NCBI GenBank assembly: GCA_963662285.2
Contig: CAXXMV010000001.1
Coordinates: forward strand, 864,001 to 928,000
Source of the DNA: a bacterium
GTDB taxonomy: Bacteria; Hinthialibacterota; Hinthialibacteria; Hinthialibacterales; Hinthialibacteraceae
DNA length: 64,000 nt
Direction: 5' to 3'
The position numbers and the translations under genes were made by a program. Positions 1-10,779 of the stretch are shown piece after piece; within the stretch, counting starts at the first letter, position 1; the number at the start of each line of letters is the position of its first letter. The notes under the pieces were generated by a model. The model was given only the letters and a program-made list of their open reading frames with translations. It did not search any database and was not told where the DNA came from.

Positions 1-161
1 GGCTCGTTGACGACAAAACTTGATTAAAACTGGATATAGCGTTGAGAATATCTAAAGCCGAATATCTGCAATTCACAAAGAATAGAAAAAAGGAGTTAAA
101 TTGGTTTATCATCTTAAAAAGAAGTTATTAACTCCTTGACATCAATAAGTACTGCTCCCTC

Positions 162-190
162 TTGTATATATTTTTCACTGATAGTATAAT
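162..190 (+). promoter_or_regulatory. sigma70-type promoter of the nusA operon
   Basis: TTGTAT (162-167), 17-bp spacer, TATAAT (185-190). Confidence 0.6.
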
Positions 191-201
191 TAGTATCGCG
201 G

Positions 202-230
202 AAGGTGGGGCATATCCCTGCCTTTTTTTT
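202..230 (+). promoter_or_regulatory. Leader attenuator hairpin, rimP-leader-like
   Basis: AAGGTGGGG-catat-CCCTGCCTT plus T-run, just after the predicted start site and ~100 nt before nusA. Confidence 0.6.
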
Positions 231-333
231 ACGCTATTGCCCCCTTATTCATTCCCAGCAAAAGCAGCAGGTTTTATATGGCGGGCATCTAAAGTATGGC
301 GTGCGCGGATCAAAATCAATTTTGGTGTGAACG

Positions 334-1764
334 ATGTCAAAAGAAGTTCTCGATATTCTTAGCCGAATCGGTCTAGAGAAGAACATTCCTACCAGTACGC
401 TCTTCGATGCACTGGAAGCAGCTCTAATTTCCGCTTCGAAGAAAATGCTCCCTCCAACCATGGAAGTAGCTGAAGCCGAACTAGACCGCGAAACTGGAGA
501 TTTCCGTATTTACGCTAACATGGAAGTCGTGGAAACTGTAGAGGATGAAAACACGGATATTTCTCTCACAGAAGCGCGCGAATACGTTGAAGGCGTAGAA
601 ATCGGAGAGGAATTGGTCATCGACGTAACTCCCGATGACTTTGGTCGTATAGCGGCCCAAAGCGCAAAACAAGTGATAACGCAACGCATCCGCGAAGCGG
701 AGCGCGAAGTCATATTTGATAAATATAAGAACCGGATAGGCGATTTAGTCGCTGGTACAATTCAACGATACGAACGCGGTAATGTAATAGTCGATTTAGG
801 AAATGCTGATGCAGTTCTTCCATCTAAAGAACAAGCGACTGGCGAACGATATCGTTACGGAGAGCGCATAAAAGCTATAATTGCTGACATCCAGAAATCA
901 TCCAAAGACGCTCAAATTATTCTCTCACGCACCAATCCAGCATTGGTTCTCAAACTATTTGAACAAGAAGTCGCTGAGATTCGTGATGGCATCGTAACCG
1001 TGCGCCTTATTGCCCGCGAACCGGGAAAACGCACCAAGATTGCGGTTCTTTCATCGGACAGCGATGTTGATCCAGTCGGAGCCTGTGTAGGCATGAAGGG
1101 TTCCCGCGTACAGATGGTTGTACAGGAATTACGTGGAGAACGTATTGATATCATTGAATATAGCAGTGATAAACGCAGATTCGTCGCCAATGCGTTAAAA
1201 CCAGCCAATATTGAAAGCGTTGAATATGATGAAGATCGTGGTCGCGCTATGCTGGTGGTTAGAGATGAAGAACTTGCCCTAGCTATCGGAAAAGGCGGAC
1301 TAAACGCACGCCTGGCCTCCAATCTTACCGGCGTTGAAATTGATATCATTTCAGAGTCTCAGGTAGCGGAACGCGAACGTATGGCCAAACAGGAACTATT
1401 GAAAATCCCTTCAGTTGGCGATAAATGGGCCGACTCATTCCTGGCCAAAGGTATAATTAAAGCAAAAGACATTATCTCAACTGGACTGGAAGGTCTATCT
1501 GAGATTGAAGGACTCGACAAGGAGACCGCTGCAAAAATTATTCAAGAAACAAATGATTTTCTCAGCGGTAAGAGCATAGTTCAAGCAGAAAATGAACCTA
1601 CAACCTCGGAAGAACCAGAAATAAGCGATTCTTCCGATAATGCACTTGCTAGCGAAACTTCTGCAGAAGATCAATCAGAGAAATCCCGCGTCGATAATTC
1701 ACCTGTTGAAGTTTATGAAGATGAGTCTTCAGAACTTGAACAGGAAACAGAGGTTTCATCATAA
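334..1764 (+). CDS. nusA: Transcription termination/antitermination factor NusA
   Basis: FGRIAAQSAKQVI, S1 and KH domains (AREPGKRTKIAV, DPVGACVGMKGSRV), C-terminal HhH-like repeats and acidic tail. Confidence 0.98.
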   Translation: MSKEVLDILSRIGLEKNIPTSTLFDALEAALISASKKMLPPTMEVAEAELDRETGDFRIYANMEVVETVEDENTDISLTEAREYVEGVEIGEELVIDVTPDDFGRIAAQSAKQVITQRIREAEREVIFDKYKNRIGDLVAGTIQRYERGNVIVDLGNADAVLPSKEQATGERYRYGERIKAIIADIQKSSKDAQIILSRTNPALVLKLFEQEVAEIRDGIVTVRLIAREPGKRTKIAVLSSDSDVDPVGACVGMKGSRVQMVVQELRGERIDIIEYSSDKRRFVANALKPANIESVEYDEDRGRAMLVVRDEELALAIGKGGLNARLASNLTGVEIDIISESQVAERERMAKQELLKIPSVGDKWADSFLAKGIIKAKDIISTGLEGLSEIEGLDKETAAKIIQETNDFLSGKSIVQAENEPTTSEEPEISDSSDNALASETSAEDQSEKSRVDNSPVEVYEDESSELEQETEVSS

Positions 1765-1818
1765 CGATTATATTGATTTGCGAATTAGGTAAATCACCCT
1801 TCAAAGGTAATTGCTTTT

Positions 1819-4575
1819 ATGAGAATTAATCAGATTGCTCGGAAATATGGGCTCGAAAACAAAATCATCATTGACTACCTGGACTCGATTGGCGTTCCGG
1901 GCAAAAGCCACAGTTCTTCAGTCGATGAGAGCACCATAGAGCTTGTACTTCAACATTTTGACATGTTGAAATCTAAAGCAGAAGCAGAAGAACCTAAAGA
2001 AGTTAATAAAAGATTTGCAAAAATTCGTCGACCAAAAAGTTGGAAACCTTCAGATCAAGATAGCGACCATGATAACGCCAAATCACTGGAAGACATCAAA
2101 GAGGTCGAGCCGCCGCAAATTGTGGAACAGCCCAAACCTCCCCTTGCGCCAGTTACAGCCGCATCAACATCAGAAATCACGCCCCAACTGGATAAAGAAG
2201 ATATGATGCTTCCCGCAGAAGAAGTTCTAACTGAAAAGAATGCCGAAAAAACCGCTGATAAGGTTCCTGTACAGGTTGCTGAACAGAACGTGATTGATAT
2301 TCCCAAACCGCAGCAACCAGTCGCTCAAAGACCTCCTAAAGAAAAAAAAGCGGCGAAAAGAAATAAACTTAAACCGATTCCTCTGGATGTTATAAAAATC
2401 CGCCAAGGAGAACCTCAGATAATTATTGAAGCGCCTGAAATTCCTACTGCAAGTATAGATGCTACTGATTCATTCACAGAAATAAAAGAGAAAAAGCCCA
2501 AAATAAAAGAGCGCGCCAAAGGGCACGATGAAGATGAGGCTATCCGCCGCGAAATTCAAAAATTGAAGATGAAGCAGCGGAAAGCGGCGGAACCAGAAAA
2601 ACCGCCAAAGCAAAAACACGAGCCAGTTCAAAAACAGCAGGAAGTAACGCCGCAAAAGCAACAACCCAAATCTGCTGTTAAACCTGCTCGCCCTACTCAT
2701 CGCAGACCGGCAAAACCCCCTTCACGAGGCAAAAAGGGCAAACAAGCATGGAAGCGTGAAAAACGTGAAAAACGCGAAATGCTCATCGCCAGAGAAGCGG
2801 AACAGTTTGAGCGCGACAAGACAATCCTCAAGGTGCATGATGCTACTACGGTAGCTGATGTCGCTAATGGATTAGGCATCATGCCCGCCACTCTGATTCA
2901 AAAACTAATTACTTTAGGCGTGATGGTATCCATTAATCAGCCGCTTGAATTTGACACAATCCAGATCATAGCCGACGAATTTGATTTTCAGGTTGAAAAA
3001 GTTGATCTGTTTAATAATGATATTTTCGCTCAGCTATGGCAGGAAGATACTAAACAAGAACAGATGATCCCTCGGTCTCCTGTAGTTACAATCATGGGAC
3101 ATGTGGATCATGGTAAAACCAAATTACTTGACGCCGTACGCAGTTCCGATGTTGTTTCAGGAGAAGCTGGTGGCATTACACAGCATATCGGAGCGTATCA
3201 CGTCAATACTCCAGGCGGAGATATAGTTTTCCTCGATACGCCTGGCCACGAAGCATTTACCGCCATGCGCGCACGCGGCGCCATGGTTACTGACATAGTT
3301 ATTCTTGTCGTCTCCGCAGCGGATGGCGTGATGCCTCAGACTATTGAAGCCATACACCACGCCAAAGCGGCTGACGTACCTATAATTGTCGCCATTAACA
3401 AAATTGATCTGGAAAGCGCTAATCCCGACCGGGTCAAGCAGCAATTGGCCGAACACGGTTTAACGCCAGAGGATTGGGGCGGGGACGTCGTTATGATCCA
3501 TCTTTCCGCCCTAAAGAAAATCGGTATTGAAGATCTGCTGGAAAGCGTTCTTCTGCAATCTGAAATTTTAGAACTCAAGGCTGATCCTGCTGCTCGAGCG
3601 CGAGGCACAATTATTGAAGGCCGCCTGGAACAAGGTCGCGGCCCCATCGCTACAGTTTTAATTCAACAAGGTTCGCTTAAAATCGGGGATCCCTTCGTAA
3701 CCGGAGTATACTCCGGACGCATCAAGGCTATGCAAGACGAGCATGGCAACCCGATTTTAGAGGCGGGGCCATCAACTCCGGTTGAAATTCTGGGCATTGA
3801 AGACGTGCCCAGCGCAGGCGATCCATTCATCGTAGTTAAAGATGATGCGCAAGCTAAACATATCAGCGCCAAATTACAGCAAATTCAACGCGAACGAGAT
3901 CTGCGCCGCACGCATCACGTTACTCTGGAAGACTTGCATACTCAGATTGAAGAGGGCGCTATCAAAGACCTTCAGGTGATTATCAAAGGCGATGTACAAG
4001 GCTCCGTCGGCGCCGTATGCGAAAGCCTGATGAAGATTGAAAGCAGTAAAGTGCGTATTGACATTCTCCATAGCGGAGTTGGAGCAATATCCGAATCAGA
4101 CGTTATGCTCGCCTCGGCATCTAACGCCCTAATAATCGGCTTTAACGTCCGGCCTCATCCGCAGGTTTCTGATATTGCCAAGCGGGAACATGTTGATATC
4201 CGCACATATCGTATTATTTATCAAATAATTTCTGATATCAAAAACGCCATGGAGGGAATGCTGGAAAAGACCTACGAGGAAAAAATCCTCGGTCGCGGCG
4301 AAGTACGGGAAGTATTCCGTCTGTCACGTGGTCTCAGCATCGCTGGATTATTCATCCAGGATGGCAGTCTTTTACGCAATTTACCGGTTCGTTTATTACG
4401 CGATTCAGTCGTAATTCACGAAGGAAAGTTATCTTCTTTACGACGTTTCAAAGAAGATGTACGTGAAGTTCAATCAGGATTCGAATGTGGTATTGGTCTG
4501 GAAAGGTTTAACGATATTAGAGATGGCGACATCCTTGAGTGTTACAAACTTGAGGAATTAGCGCCCTCCCTTTAG
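1819..4575 (+). CDS. infB: Translation initiation factor IF-2
   Basis: [21 protein letters not shown]-domain motifs; follows nusA. Confidence 0.99.
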   Translation: MRINQIARKYGLENKIIIDYLDSIGVPGKSHSSSVDESTIELVLQHFDMLKSKAEAEEPKEVNKRFAKIRRPKSWKPSDQDSDHDNAKSLEDIKEVEPPQIVEQPKPPLAPVTAASTSEITPQLDKEDMMLPAEEVLTEKNAEKTADKVPVQVAEQNVIDIPKPQQPVAQRPPKEKKAAKRNKLKPIPLDVIKIRQGEPQIIIEAPEIPTASIDATDSFTEIKEKKPKIKERAKGHDEDEAIRREIQKLKMKQRKAAEPEKPPKQKHEPVQKQQEVTPQKQQPKSAVKPARPTHRRPAKPPSRGKKGKQAWKREKREKREMLIAREAEQFERDKTILKVHDATTVADVANGLGIMPATLIQKLITLGVMVSINQPLEFDTIQIIADEFDFQVEKVDLFNNDIFAQLWQEDTKQEQMIPRSPVVTIMGHVDHGKTKLLDAVRSSDVVSGEAGGITQHIGAYHVNTPGGDIVFLDTPGHEAFTAMRARGAMVTDIVILVVSAADGVMPQTIEAIHHAKAADVPIIVAINKIDLESANPDRVKQQLAEHGLTPEDWGGDVVMIHLSALKKIGIEDLLESVLLQSEILELKADPAARARGTIIEGRLEQGRGPIATVLIQQGSLKIGDPFVTGVYSGRIKAMQDEHGNPILEAGPSTPVEILGIEDVPSAGDPFIVVKDDAQAKHISAKLQQIQRERDLRRTHHVTLEDLHTQIEEGAIKDLQVIIKGDVQGSVGAVCESLMKIESSKVRIDILHSGVGAISESDVMLASASNALIIGFNVRPHPQVSDIAKREHVDIRTYRIIYQIISDIKNAMEGMLEKTYEEKILGRGEVREVFRLSRGLSIAGLFIQDGSLLRNLPVRLLRDSVVIHEGKLSSLRRFKEDVREVQSGFECGIGLERFNDIRDGDILECYKLEELAPSL

Positions 4576-4614
4576 CAGTCAGCGCATGTCTTGCGAAGTT
4601 ATCGGCGGTTAAAA

Positions 4615-4896
4615 ATGTTTGTCGGAGTACTCGAAGTTTCCTTCCAAATTCCAGCAGCTAATTCGCTTAAAGATAAGCGGAAAATCGTCAAAAGCATCAA
4701 GGATCGCATCCAACATAGATTCAATATTTCGCTCGCCGAGACCGAAGGACAAAATACATGGCAACTATGCAGTTTTGCCGTTGCCATGGTAGCAAATCAA
4801 AAAATTGCTATAGAACGGGATCTTAACCGGATTATTGATCTAATAGAATCTGTACCGGAAATCAACCTGACGGATCAAATCATCGAATATTACTAG
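4615..4896 (+). CDS. DUF503 family protein (YlxP-like)
   Basis: MFVGVL...SLKDKRKIVKSIKDRI...FNIS.AE; usual position between infB and rbfA; ATG at 4615 preferred. Confidence 0.9.
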   Translation: MFVGVLEVSFQIPAANSLKDKRKIVKSIKDRIQHRFNISLAETEGQNTWQLCSFAVAMVANQKIAIERDLNRIIDLIESVPEINLTDQIIEYY

Positions 4897-4958
4897 GTAG
4901 AAACAATCCCCAAACTATAATTTCTTTATGAAATTCATTTTTGGGATCAAATTTTCAA

Positions 4959-5333
4959 ATGACCCAGCATAAAACATATAGAATTCAACAGATTAATAAA
5001 TTACTAAAAGATGAAATATCTGCAATTCTTCTTACGGAATTACAAGATGATCGCCTTTTATCAATTACCGTTACAGAAGTACGCGCTTCGCGCGACTTGC
5101 ATAATGCAATTGTGTTTATTACAACGCATAAAAATGAGAATATTACCCAATTTCTTGATATAGTTAATAAAAGAAGCGGTTATATTCGCAAGTTACTCTA
5201 TGCACGATTGCGGCTTAAACGCATTCCCGCCATGGAATTCCGTTACGATGATTCTCTTGATATAGCTGAACGCATTTTTAGTACACTAGAAATAATCGAC
5301 CAGGGCGCTGAAGATGAAATGCCTGAGGTATAA
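4959..5333 (+). CDS. rbfA: Ribosome-binding factor A
   Basis: ITVTEVRASRDL, LRLKRIPAMEFRYDDS; synteny. Confidence 0.95.
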   Translation: MTQHKTYRIQQINKLLKDEISAILLTELQDDRLLSITVTEVRASRDLHNAIVFITTHKNENITQFLDIVNKRSGYIRKLLYARLRLKRIPAMEFRYDDSLDIAERIFSTLEIIDQGAEDEMPEV

Positions 5334-6281
5334 ATGAAATCGAAACCGATAATAAACGGTGTAATTAATATTGATAAACCTGCGCATATGACATCGCATG
5401 ATGTTGTAGATGTAATTCGCAGAGCTGCAAATGAGCGCCAGGTCGGTCATACCGGCACTTTAGATCCCATGGCCACAGGCGTTCTACCTATTTGCATTGG
5501 CCAGGCAACCAAAATCCAACAATTTCTGATCGCTCAAAATAAAGAATATGTGGTCGATATGCAACTAGGTTTAGTTGCTGATACTCAGGATACTACAGGT
5601 AAAATCCTCGAAGAAACTGAAGTTAAAAAATTCTCTGAGCAGGATATTCTTAATGTATTAGAAGATTTTAAGGGCGAATTAGAGCAAATACCCCCTATGG
5701 TTTCAGCAAAACATCATAAAGGAAAACGTCTTTATGAACTTGCTCGTCAAGGGATTGAGGTGAAACGAGACCCTTGTAAGATTATCATCGACCAACTAAT
5801 ATTAGAAGATGTATCTCTGCCCTTTATTAAATTTCGGGTAGTATGTGGAAAAGGTACTTATATTCGCACATTATGCCATGATATTGGACAAATATTAGGC
5901 TGTGGGGCAGTTATGTCCGGTCTGGTTCGCACTCGTTGCGGATCATTTCATATTGATGACTCTACTCCCTTGAATGAACTAAAATCTAAAGACGATGTCG
6001 AGCAGAAAATATGCAGCCTTAATGATGCGCTTTCAGTCTATCCTTCCATTGTAATCGGACAGGATGGAAAAGCAGCTGTCCGTTGCGGTCGCCCTCTTTC
6101 CGGAGGTTCGATAACACGACGTAATGGAGAATTTGTGATCGGGGAACTGGTGCGTATAACAGGCCGTGATGGTTCCTTGATTGGAATCGGAGAAGCAGTG
6201 ATGAATTCAGAACAACTGGATTCGCTTGCAGGAAATATGAGAGTAATTAAGCCAGTGAAAATTTTTCAGCCAACTCATTAA
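5334..6281 (+). CDS. truB: tRNA pseudouridine(55) synthase
   Basis: DKPAHMTSHDVV, GHTGTLDPMATGVL, KGTYIRTL, C-terminal PUA-like region. Confidence 0.97.
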   Translation: MKSKPIINGVINIDKPAHMTSHDVVDVIRRAANERQVGHTGTLDPMATGVLPICIGQATKIQQFLIAQNKEYVVDMQLGLVADTQDTTGKILEETEVKKFSEQDILNVLEDFKGELEQIPPMVSAKHHKGKRLYELARQGIEVKRDPCKIIIDQLILEDVSLPFIKFRVVCGKGTYIRTLCHDIGQILGCGAVMSGLVRTRCGSFHIDDSTPLNELKSKDDVEQKICSLNDALSVYPSIVIGQDGKAAVRCGRPLSGGSITRRNGEFVIGELVRITGRDGSLIGIGEAVMNSEQLDSLAGNMRVIKPVKIFQPTH

Positions 6282-6381
6282 AGTGATTATCTAATTACCC
6301 AGGTAAGTTTGATGATCCCTTTGATATTGGCAAAATTTATCCTATAAAAAATAGTTATTTTGATTTCCAGGAGGTTAAACC

Positions 6382-6651
6382 TTGTCCATCACAATTGAAA
6401 AAAAACAAGAATTAATTGAATCATTTAAGATTCACGAATCTGACACCGGGTCGCCTGAAGTGCAAATTGCGATTTTGTCTGAAAAAATCAAAAACCTGAC
6501 AGAACATTTCAAGATCCATAAGAAAGATCATCATTCACGTCGTGGATTAATTATGATGGTAAGCCATCGTCGACGTTTGTTAGATTACTTAAAAGGTAAA
6601 GAAGTAGGTCGTTACCGCAAAATTATCGGAGAATTAGGGCTGCGCCGCTAA
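6382..6651 (+). CDS. rpsO: 30S ribosomal protein S15
   Basis: [19 protein letters not shown]; TTG start with AGGAGG RBS. Confidence 0.98.
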   Translation: MSITIEKKQELIESFKIHESDTGSPEVQIAILSEKIKNLTEHFKIHKKDHHSRRGLIMMVSHRRRLLDYLKGKEVGRYRKIIGELGLRR

Positions 6652-6686
6652 TTGGTATAAACGCCGCCCTCGATGAAAGAAGCGCT

Positions 6687-6810
6687 CAGGAAAGGGAGTT
6701 ATAAAGGATTTTATGTTTCCCGCCACCCTGATTAGGAGGTTGAAGGTTTTACTTGAACCTTTCACCTCCTAGTCTGGGTGACGTAGGGCTTTCCTTTACT
6801 CCCATTCCTG
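6687..6810 (+). promoter_or_regulatory. Long imperfect stem-loop in the rpsO-pnp intergenic region (putative RNase III site)
   Basis: CAGGAAAGGGAGT..TAAAGGA pairs with TCCTTTA.CTCCC.TTCCTG; inner CACCC.GATTAGGAGGT.GAAGGTT pairs with AACCTTT.ACCTCCTAGTC.GGGTG. Confidence 0.65.
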
Positions 6811-6951
6811 CCGCATATTCAACTTACGTTAGAGGGATTCTGGCGATTAACCGCTTTTTGAATCCTTCTTCACTACCAGTTTATCCTTTCATCGAGTTTT
6901 GGCATGTATTACGCTGCTATTTCAGTCAGCCAAAGATGAAAGGAAAACTCA

Positions 6952-9321
6952 ATGAATGAAACGTCACCTGTATTAAATCCCAATGTAACATCCATATCCA
7001 AAGAAATCGGCGGAAGGCAACTAACGCTGGAATTTGGAAAACTAGGCAAGCAAGCCGGCGCCACTGTAACTGCCCGTTATGCGGACACTATGGTTATGGC
7101 TTCTGTTTGCTCCGCAGTTTCACGCCGTGAGGACATCGATTTCTTCCCCCTTACCGTGGATTATCGTGAACCCATGTGGGCCGCTGGCAAATTCCCCGGA
7201 GGATTCTTCAAACGCGAAGGACGTCCGACTGATCGCGAAACTCTCACTTCACGCTGCATTGATCGCCCCATTCGCCCTCTGTTTCCTGAAGGATATAAAG
7301 ATGAAGTTCAACTTCTTCTTAAAGTATTAGCCTACGATGGAGTAAACGATTCTGATATCGTTGGCATGATTGCCGCCTTTGCAGCTTTAGAGGTTTCCGA
7401 CATCCCGTTCCAGGGTCCAGTCGGAGCAGTACGTATTGGCCGCAACGACGATGTCCTAGTCGTCAATCCAACCGCCTTACAAGTTGAAGATGGAACCATT
7501 AATTTCACCGTCGCTGGTTCCAAAAAAGCCATCATGATGGTCGAGGGCGCGGCTAATGAACTTCCCGAAGATATTATCCTCGACGCCTTGGATCTTGCTC
7601 AGCAAACTATCCGCGAAGTTATTGAACTTATCGAGGAATTCAAATCCAAATGCGGTAAAGAGAAGAAAGAATTCATCCCACCCGAAGTTGATCAGGCGCT
7701 TAAAGACCGCGTTAGTGAGTTGGCTTCAAGCCGGGTTTCTGAAGCAAACACTATTCCTGACAAACACGAACGCCAGGAAGCCTTGGACGCTATTCTTGCC
7801 GAAACCGCGGAACAAATTATCAAGGAAATTGAAGACGCGCATAAATCGGCTGTAGAAAACGGCGCCATTTCGGCTGATGACGATGAAGCAAAAGAAGCCC
7901 ACAAGAAACAAATCAAAGATGCTGCTAAAGATATTAAAAATCTTTATCACGATCTTGAAAAAAAGGTCATGCGCGACCGGATTCTCTATGAGCGTTTGCG
8001 CAGCGACAACCGTAAAACAGATGAAATTAGACAGATCAGCTGTGAATTAGGCATAATTCCCCGTGCACACGGTTCGGCGCTATTTACCCGTGGTCAAACC
8101 CAGGCTTTGGTTGTTGCTACTCTGGGAACTATTGACGATGAACAGAAAATCGATGGCATTCGACCTGATTACTTTAAAAAATTCGTTTTACATTATAATT
8201 TCCCTCCATTCAGCGTTGGCGAAGTCCGACCAATGCGTGGTCCAGGCCGAAGAGAAATTGGACATGGAGCGCTGGCTGAACGCGCCCTTGTTCCACTACT
8301 GCCAGGCCACGAAGATTTCCCTTATACGGTCCGCCTTGCATCGGAAATTCTCGAATCCAACGGTTCATCTTCCATGGCTAGCGTGTGCGGCGGTTCTCTG
8401 GCATTAATGGATGCAGGCATCCCGCTTAATGCCCCAGTTGCCGGTATCGCCATGGGATTGATATCAGATGGCGATAAATACGCCATCCTCTCAGATATCC
8501 TGGGTGTTGAAGATCACTTGGGCGACATGGACTTCAAAGTAACCGGAACCCGTAATGGCATCACCGCCTTCCAGATGGATCTTAAGATCGAAGGAATTGA
8601 TCGATCTATCATGGCCGAAGCCCTTGAGCAAGCGAAAAATGGACGGCTTCACATTTTGGGAATCATGGATCAAACTATCGATAAACCACGTGAAGCCATC
8701 AGCCCATTTGCGCCAAGGATTCAGATAATCAAGATTCCGATTGAGAAAATTCGCGACGTCATAGGACCAAGCGGCCGAATGATCCGCAAGATCATCCAGG
8801 AGACCGGCGCCAAGATCGATATCGACGATGACGGTCAGGTGGTAATTGCGGCAAATGATGAAGAAGCTGGAACCAAGGCTCGTGAGTGGATCGAAACCCT
8901 TACGGAAGAAGTCGAGGTTGGCAAAGTTTATAAAGGCAAGGTTACCCGCTTAATGAACTTCGGCGCCTTTGCCGAAATCATCCCTGGACAGGAAGGCTTG
9001 ATCCATATTTCTGAACTGGCCGAGGGTCGTGTTGAAGCAGTCGAGGATGTAATTAATGAAGGCGACAAAATTGATGTCCAGGTTATCGAGATCGATGATC
9101 TGGGCCGCATCAACTTAAGCAAGAAAATGGCTGACCGTACTTTAGGCCGAACTGCCCCGGAAGATTATCAAGATCGCGAGAAGAAGCGTGATAGCGACCG
9201 AGGCGGACGAAGCGGCGGCGGTCGCCCCGGCGGTGACCGCGGTGGACGTAGCGGCGGCGGCGACCGTGGTGGTCGCAGCGGCGGTGGTGGACGCCCCGGC
9301 GGCGGCGGTGGTCGACGCTAA
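6952..9321 (+). CDS. pnp: Polyribonucleotide nucleotidyltransferase (PNPase) with RGG-rich tail
   Basis: FFPLTVDYRE, RREIGHGALA, SNGSSSMAS, DMDFKV, KH and S1 domains. Confidence 0.99.
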   Translation: MNETSPVLNPNVTSISKEIGGRQLTLEFGKLGKQAGATVTARYADTMVMASVCSAVSRREDIDFFPLTVDYREPMWAAGKFPGGFFKREGRPTDRETLTSRCIDRPIRPLFPEGYKDEVQLLLKVLAYDGVNDSDIVGMIAAFAALEVSDIPFQGPVGAVRIGRNDDVLVVNPTALQVEDGTINFTVAGSKKAIMMVEGAANELPEDIILDALDLAQQTIREVIELIEEFKSKCGKEKKEFIPPEVDQALKDRVSELASSRVSEANTIPDKHERQEALDAILAETAEQIIKEIEDAHKSAVENGAISADDDEAKEAHKKQIKDAAKDIKNLYHDLEKKVMRDRILYERLRSDNRKTDEIRQISCELGIIPRAHGSALFTRGQTQALVVATLGTIDDEQKIDGIRPDYFKKFVLHYNFPPFSVGEVRPMRGPGRREIGHGALAERALVPLLPGHEDFPYTVRLASEILESNGSSSMASVCGGSLALMDAGIPLNAPVAGIAMGLISDGDKYAILSDILGVEDHLGDMDFKVTGTRNGITAFQMDLKIEGIDRSIMAEALEQAKNGRLHILGIMDQTIDKPREAISPFAPRIQIIKIPIEKIRDVIGPSGRMIRKIIQETGAKIDIDDDGQVVIAANDEEAGTKAREWIETLTEEVEVGKVYKGKVTRLMNFGAFAEIIPGQEGLIHISELAEGRVEAVEDVINEGDKIDVQVIEIDDLGRINLSKKMADRTLGRTAPEDYQDREKKRDSDRGGRSGGGRPGGDRGGRSGGGDRGGRSGGGGRPGGGGGRR

Positions 9322-9343
9322 GCCAAATCAATAAGATAACTAT

Positions 9344-9381
9344 AAAGCCAGCAGCTATGTTATTAGCTGCTGGCTTTTTTT
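9344..9381 (+). terminator. Rho-independent terminator after pnp
   Basis: AAAGCCAGCAGCTA-tgttat-TAGCTGCTGGCTTT plus T-run. Confidence 0.9.
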
Positions 9382-9415
9382 ATAACGCATTACTTTTTTT
9401 GGCGAATAACCAAGT

Positions 9416-9451
9416 CCCCTCGCCCGCCGGGAGAGGGTTAGGGTGAGGGGG
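9416..9451. repeat. Short extragenic palindromic element (CCCTCnCCC..GGGAGAGGGTTAGGGTGAGGGG type)
   Basis: CCCCTCGCCCGCCGGGAGAGGGTTAGGGTGAGGGGG between convergent genes; resembles a widespread dispersed intergenic repeat; single copy in window. Confidence 0.55.
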
Positions 9452-9490
9452 AAATACAAATCACATCACTTTTTATCCATCACCTGCAGA

Positions 9491-10493
9491 TTATTCCTTA
9501 CAACGATCAAATCGGTTTTCGAAATCAGCCAGATAATTGGCTCTCCATTGGTTTACTGTCTTGGCGCCGGGTTTGTCTTTTTCCTTGAAGGCTGGATCGG
9601 GATCATCCACCCACCAGTGAGTTCGGCCTGATTTTTTGACGAAACGGCCTCCCCAGCTGGGAGTGGTTGGATCATTGGGATCGCCGCGCAGCAGATAACT
9701 GACTGATGGCGTATCCCCCATTTTGATTACCCCATTTAACAGGTGAGCGTAATAATTTCCCAAGGCGCCATGGTTTTTGGCATTCTGCTCAACGAATGAC
9801 TGATTGCCAAGGTCGCCTTTTTGGTCGCCCCCCATGTACCAGCCCCGAAAAGTAGTATCGCAGAAGATAAACCAGGTATCGGGATGTTTCTGGTCTATGT
9901 ACTTGAAGGCATTCTGGTCGTGTCGCAGGTTCCAGGAAGCGATGAAATAGACCCGAATTTTATCTTTGATCGAAGGGTCGTCATGCAGCGCCTGAGCCAC
10001 ATCGGTGATTGAACCCCATCAGGACATACAAAGGCCTTGGATCATCGCGCTGTGCGCATTTAATGATCCAATCCGAGCCATCGGTGGACTCACTGAAACC
10101 CGCTTCAGGCGATGGATCAACCGCGCCCTGCTTGGAGATTGACCTCAGATAATCCGGCGTAGGATACTTATCCGAGTGCGTCTTCAGCCGGGGATAATCC
10201 TTCTCATAGACATCAATCACATGCAGAATATCCCCCACCCGCCCTTTCTTGGGCGGTGAAGAGATCAAGCCTTCAGTATCAAAAACATCCGCATAAAGCA
10301 GATAATGAACCATCGACTGCTTGTCGTCATCATCATCGCCCCCGATATCAGAAGAAACAAGCACCCGAATACGCTCCCCAGCCAAAGCGCCCCCCTGAGG
10401 ATCAGCAACTGAATCAAAACAAACGCATAACATTAATGCAATAGTTAAACCATAACAAAAATATCGCTGAGCAATTGGTTTATGAATATCCAT
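9491..10493 (-). pseudogene. DUF1593 / nucleoside hydrolase-like secreted protein, frameshifted
   Basis: SSDIGGDDDDDKQSMVHYLLYAD, EGLISS, MGDTPS, SWGGRF; PLYVL and WGSITDVAQAL lie in different frames (CTG A TGG at ~10019). Confidence 0.8.
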
Positions 10494-10779
10494 GATTTTC
10501 TCCAATAAGTAGTTTAAGCAGATATCATACATTTTGACGCACGCCAAGGGAAAGGCGCCAACCAGAATTTGATTTTATCACTTCACATAATCGTAATCCT
10601 TGACTTATAAACGGTTTATCAGTAGAGATCAATTCTATTTAATCTTGAACTATATTATAATTTTAATATGCACATACTACCTATCACTGTTGCGTAAAAC
10701 TTGCATAAAGCGCAAAATAACTATTAGTATAATAATTTAAAGTTATTGAAGCAATTTATCAACAGAAGGAAACAAACAT

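Noticed and set aside
6282-6381. S15 autoregulatory leader RNA
   Set aside because: Region is AT-rich and I could not find a convincing stem or pseudoknot by eye.
6687-6810. 6S RNA
   Set aside because: Shorter than typical 6S with no clear large central bubble; position matches a pnp leader. An Rfam scan would settle it.
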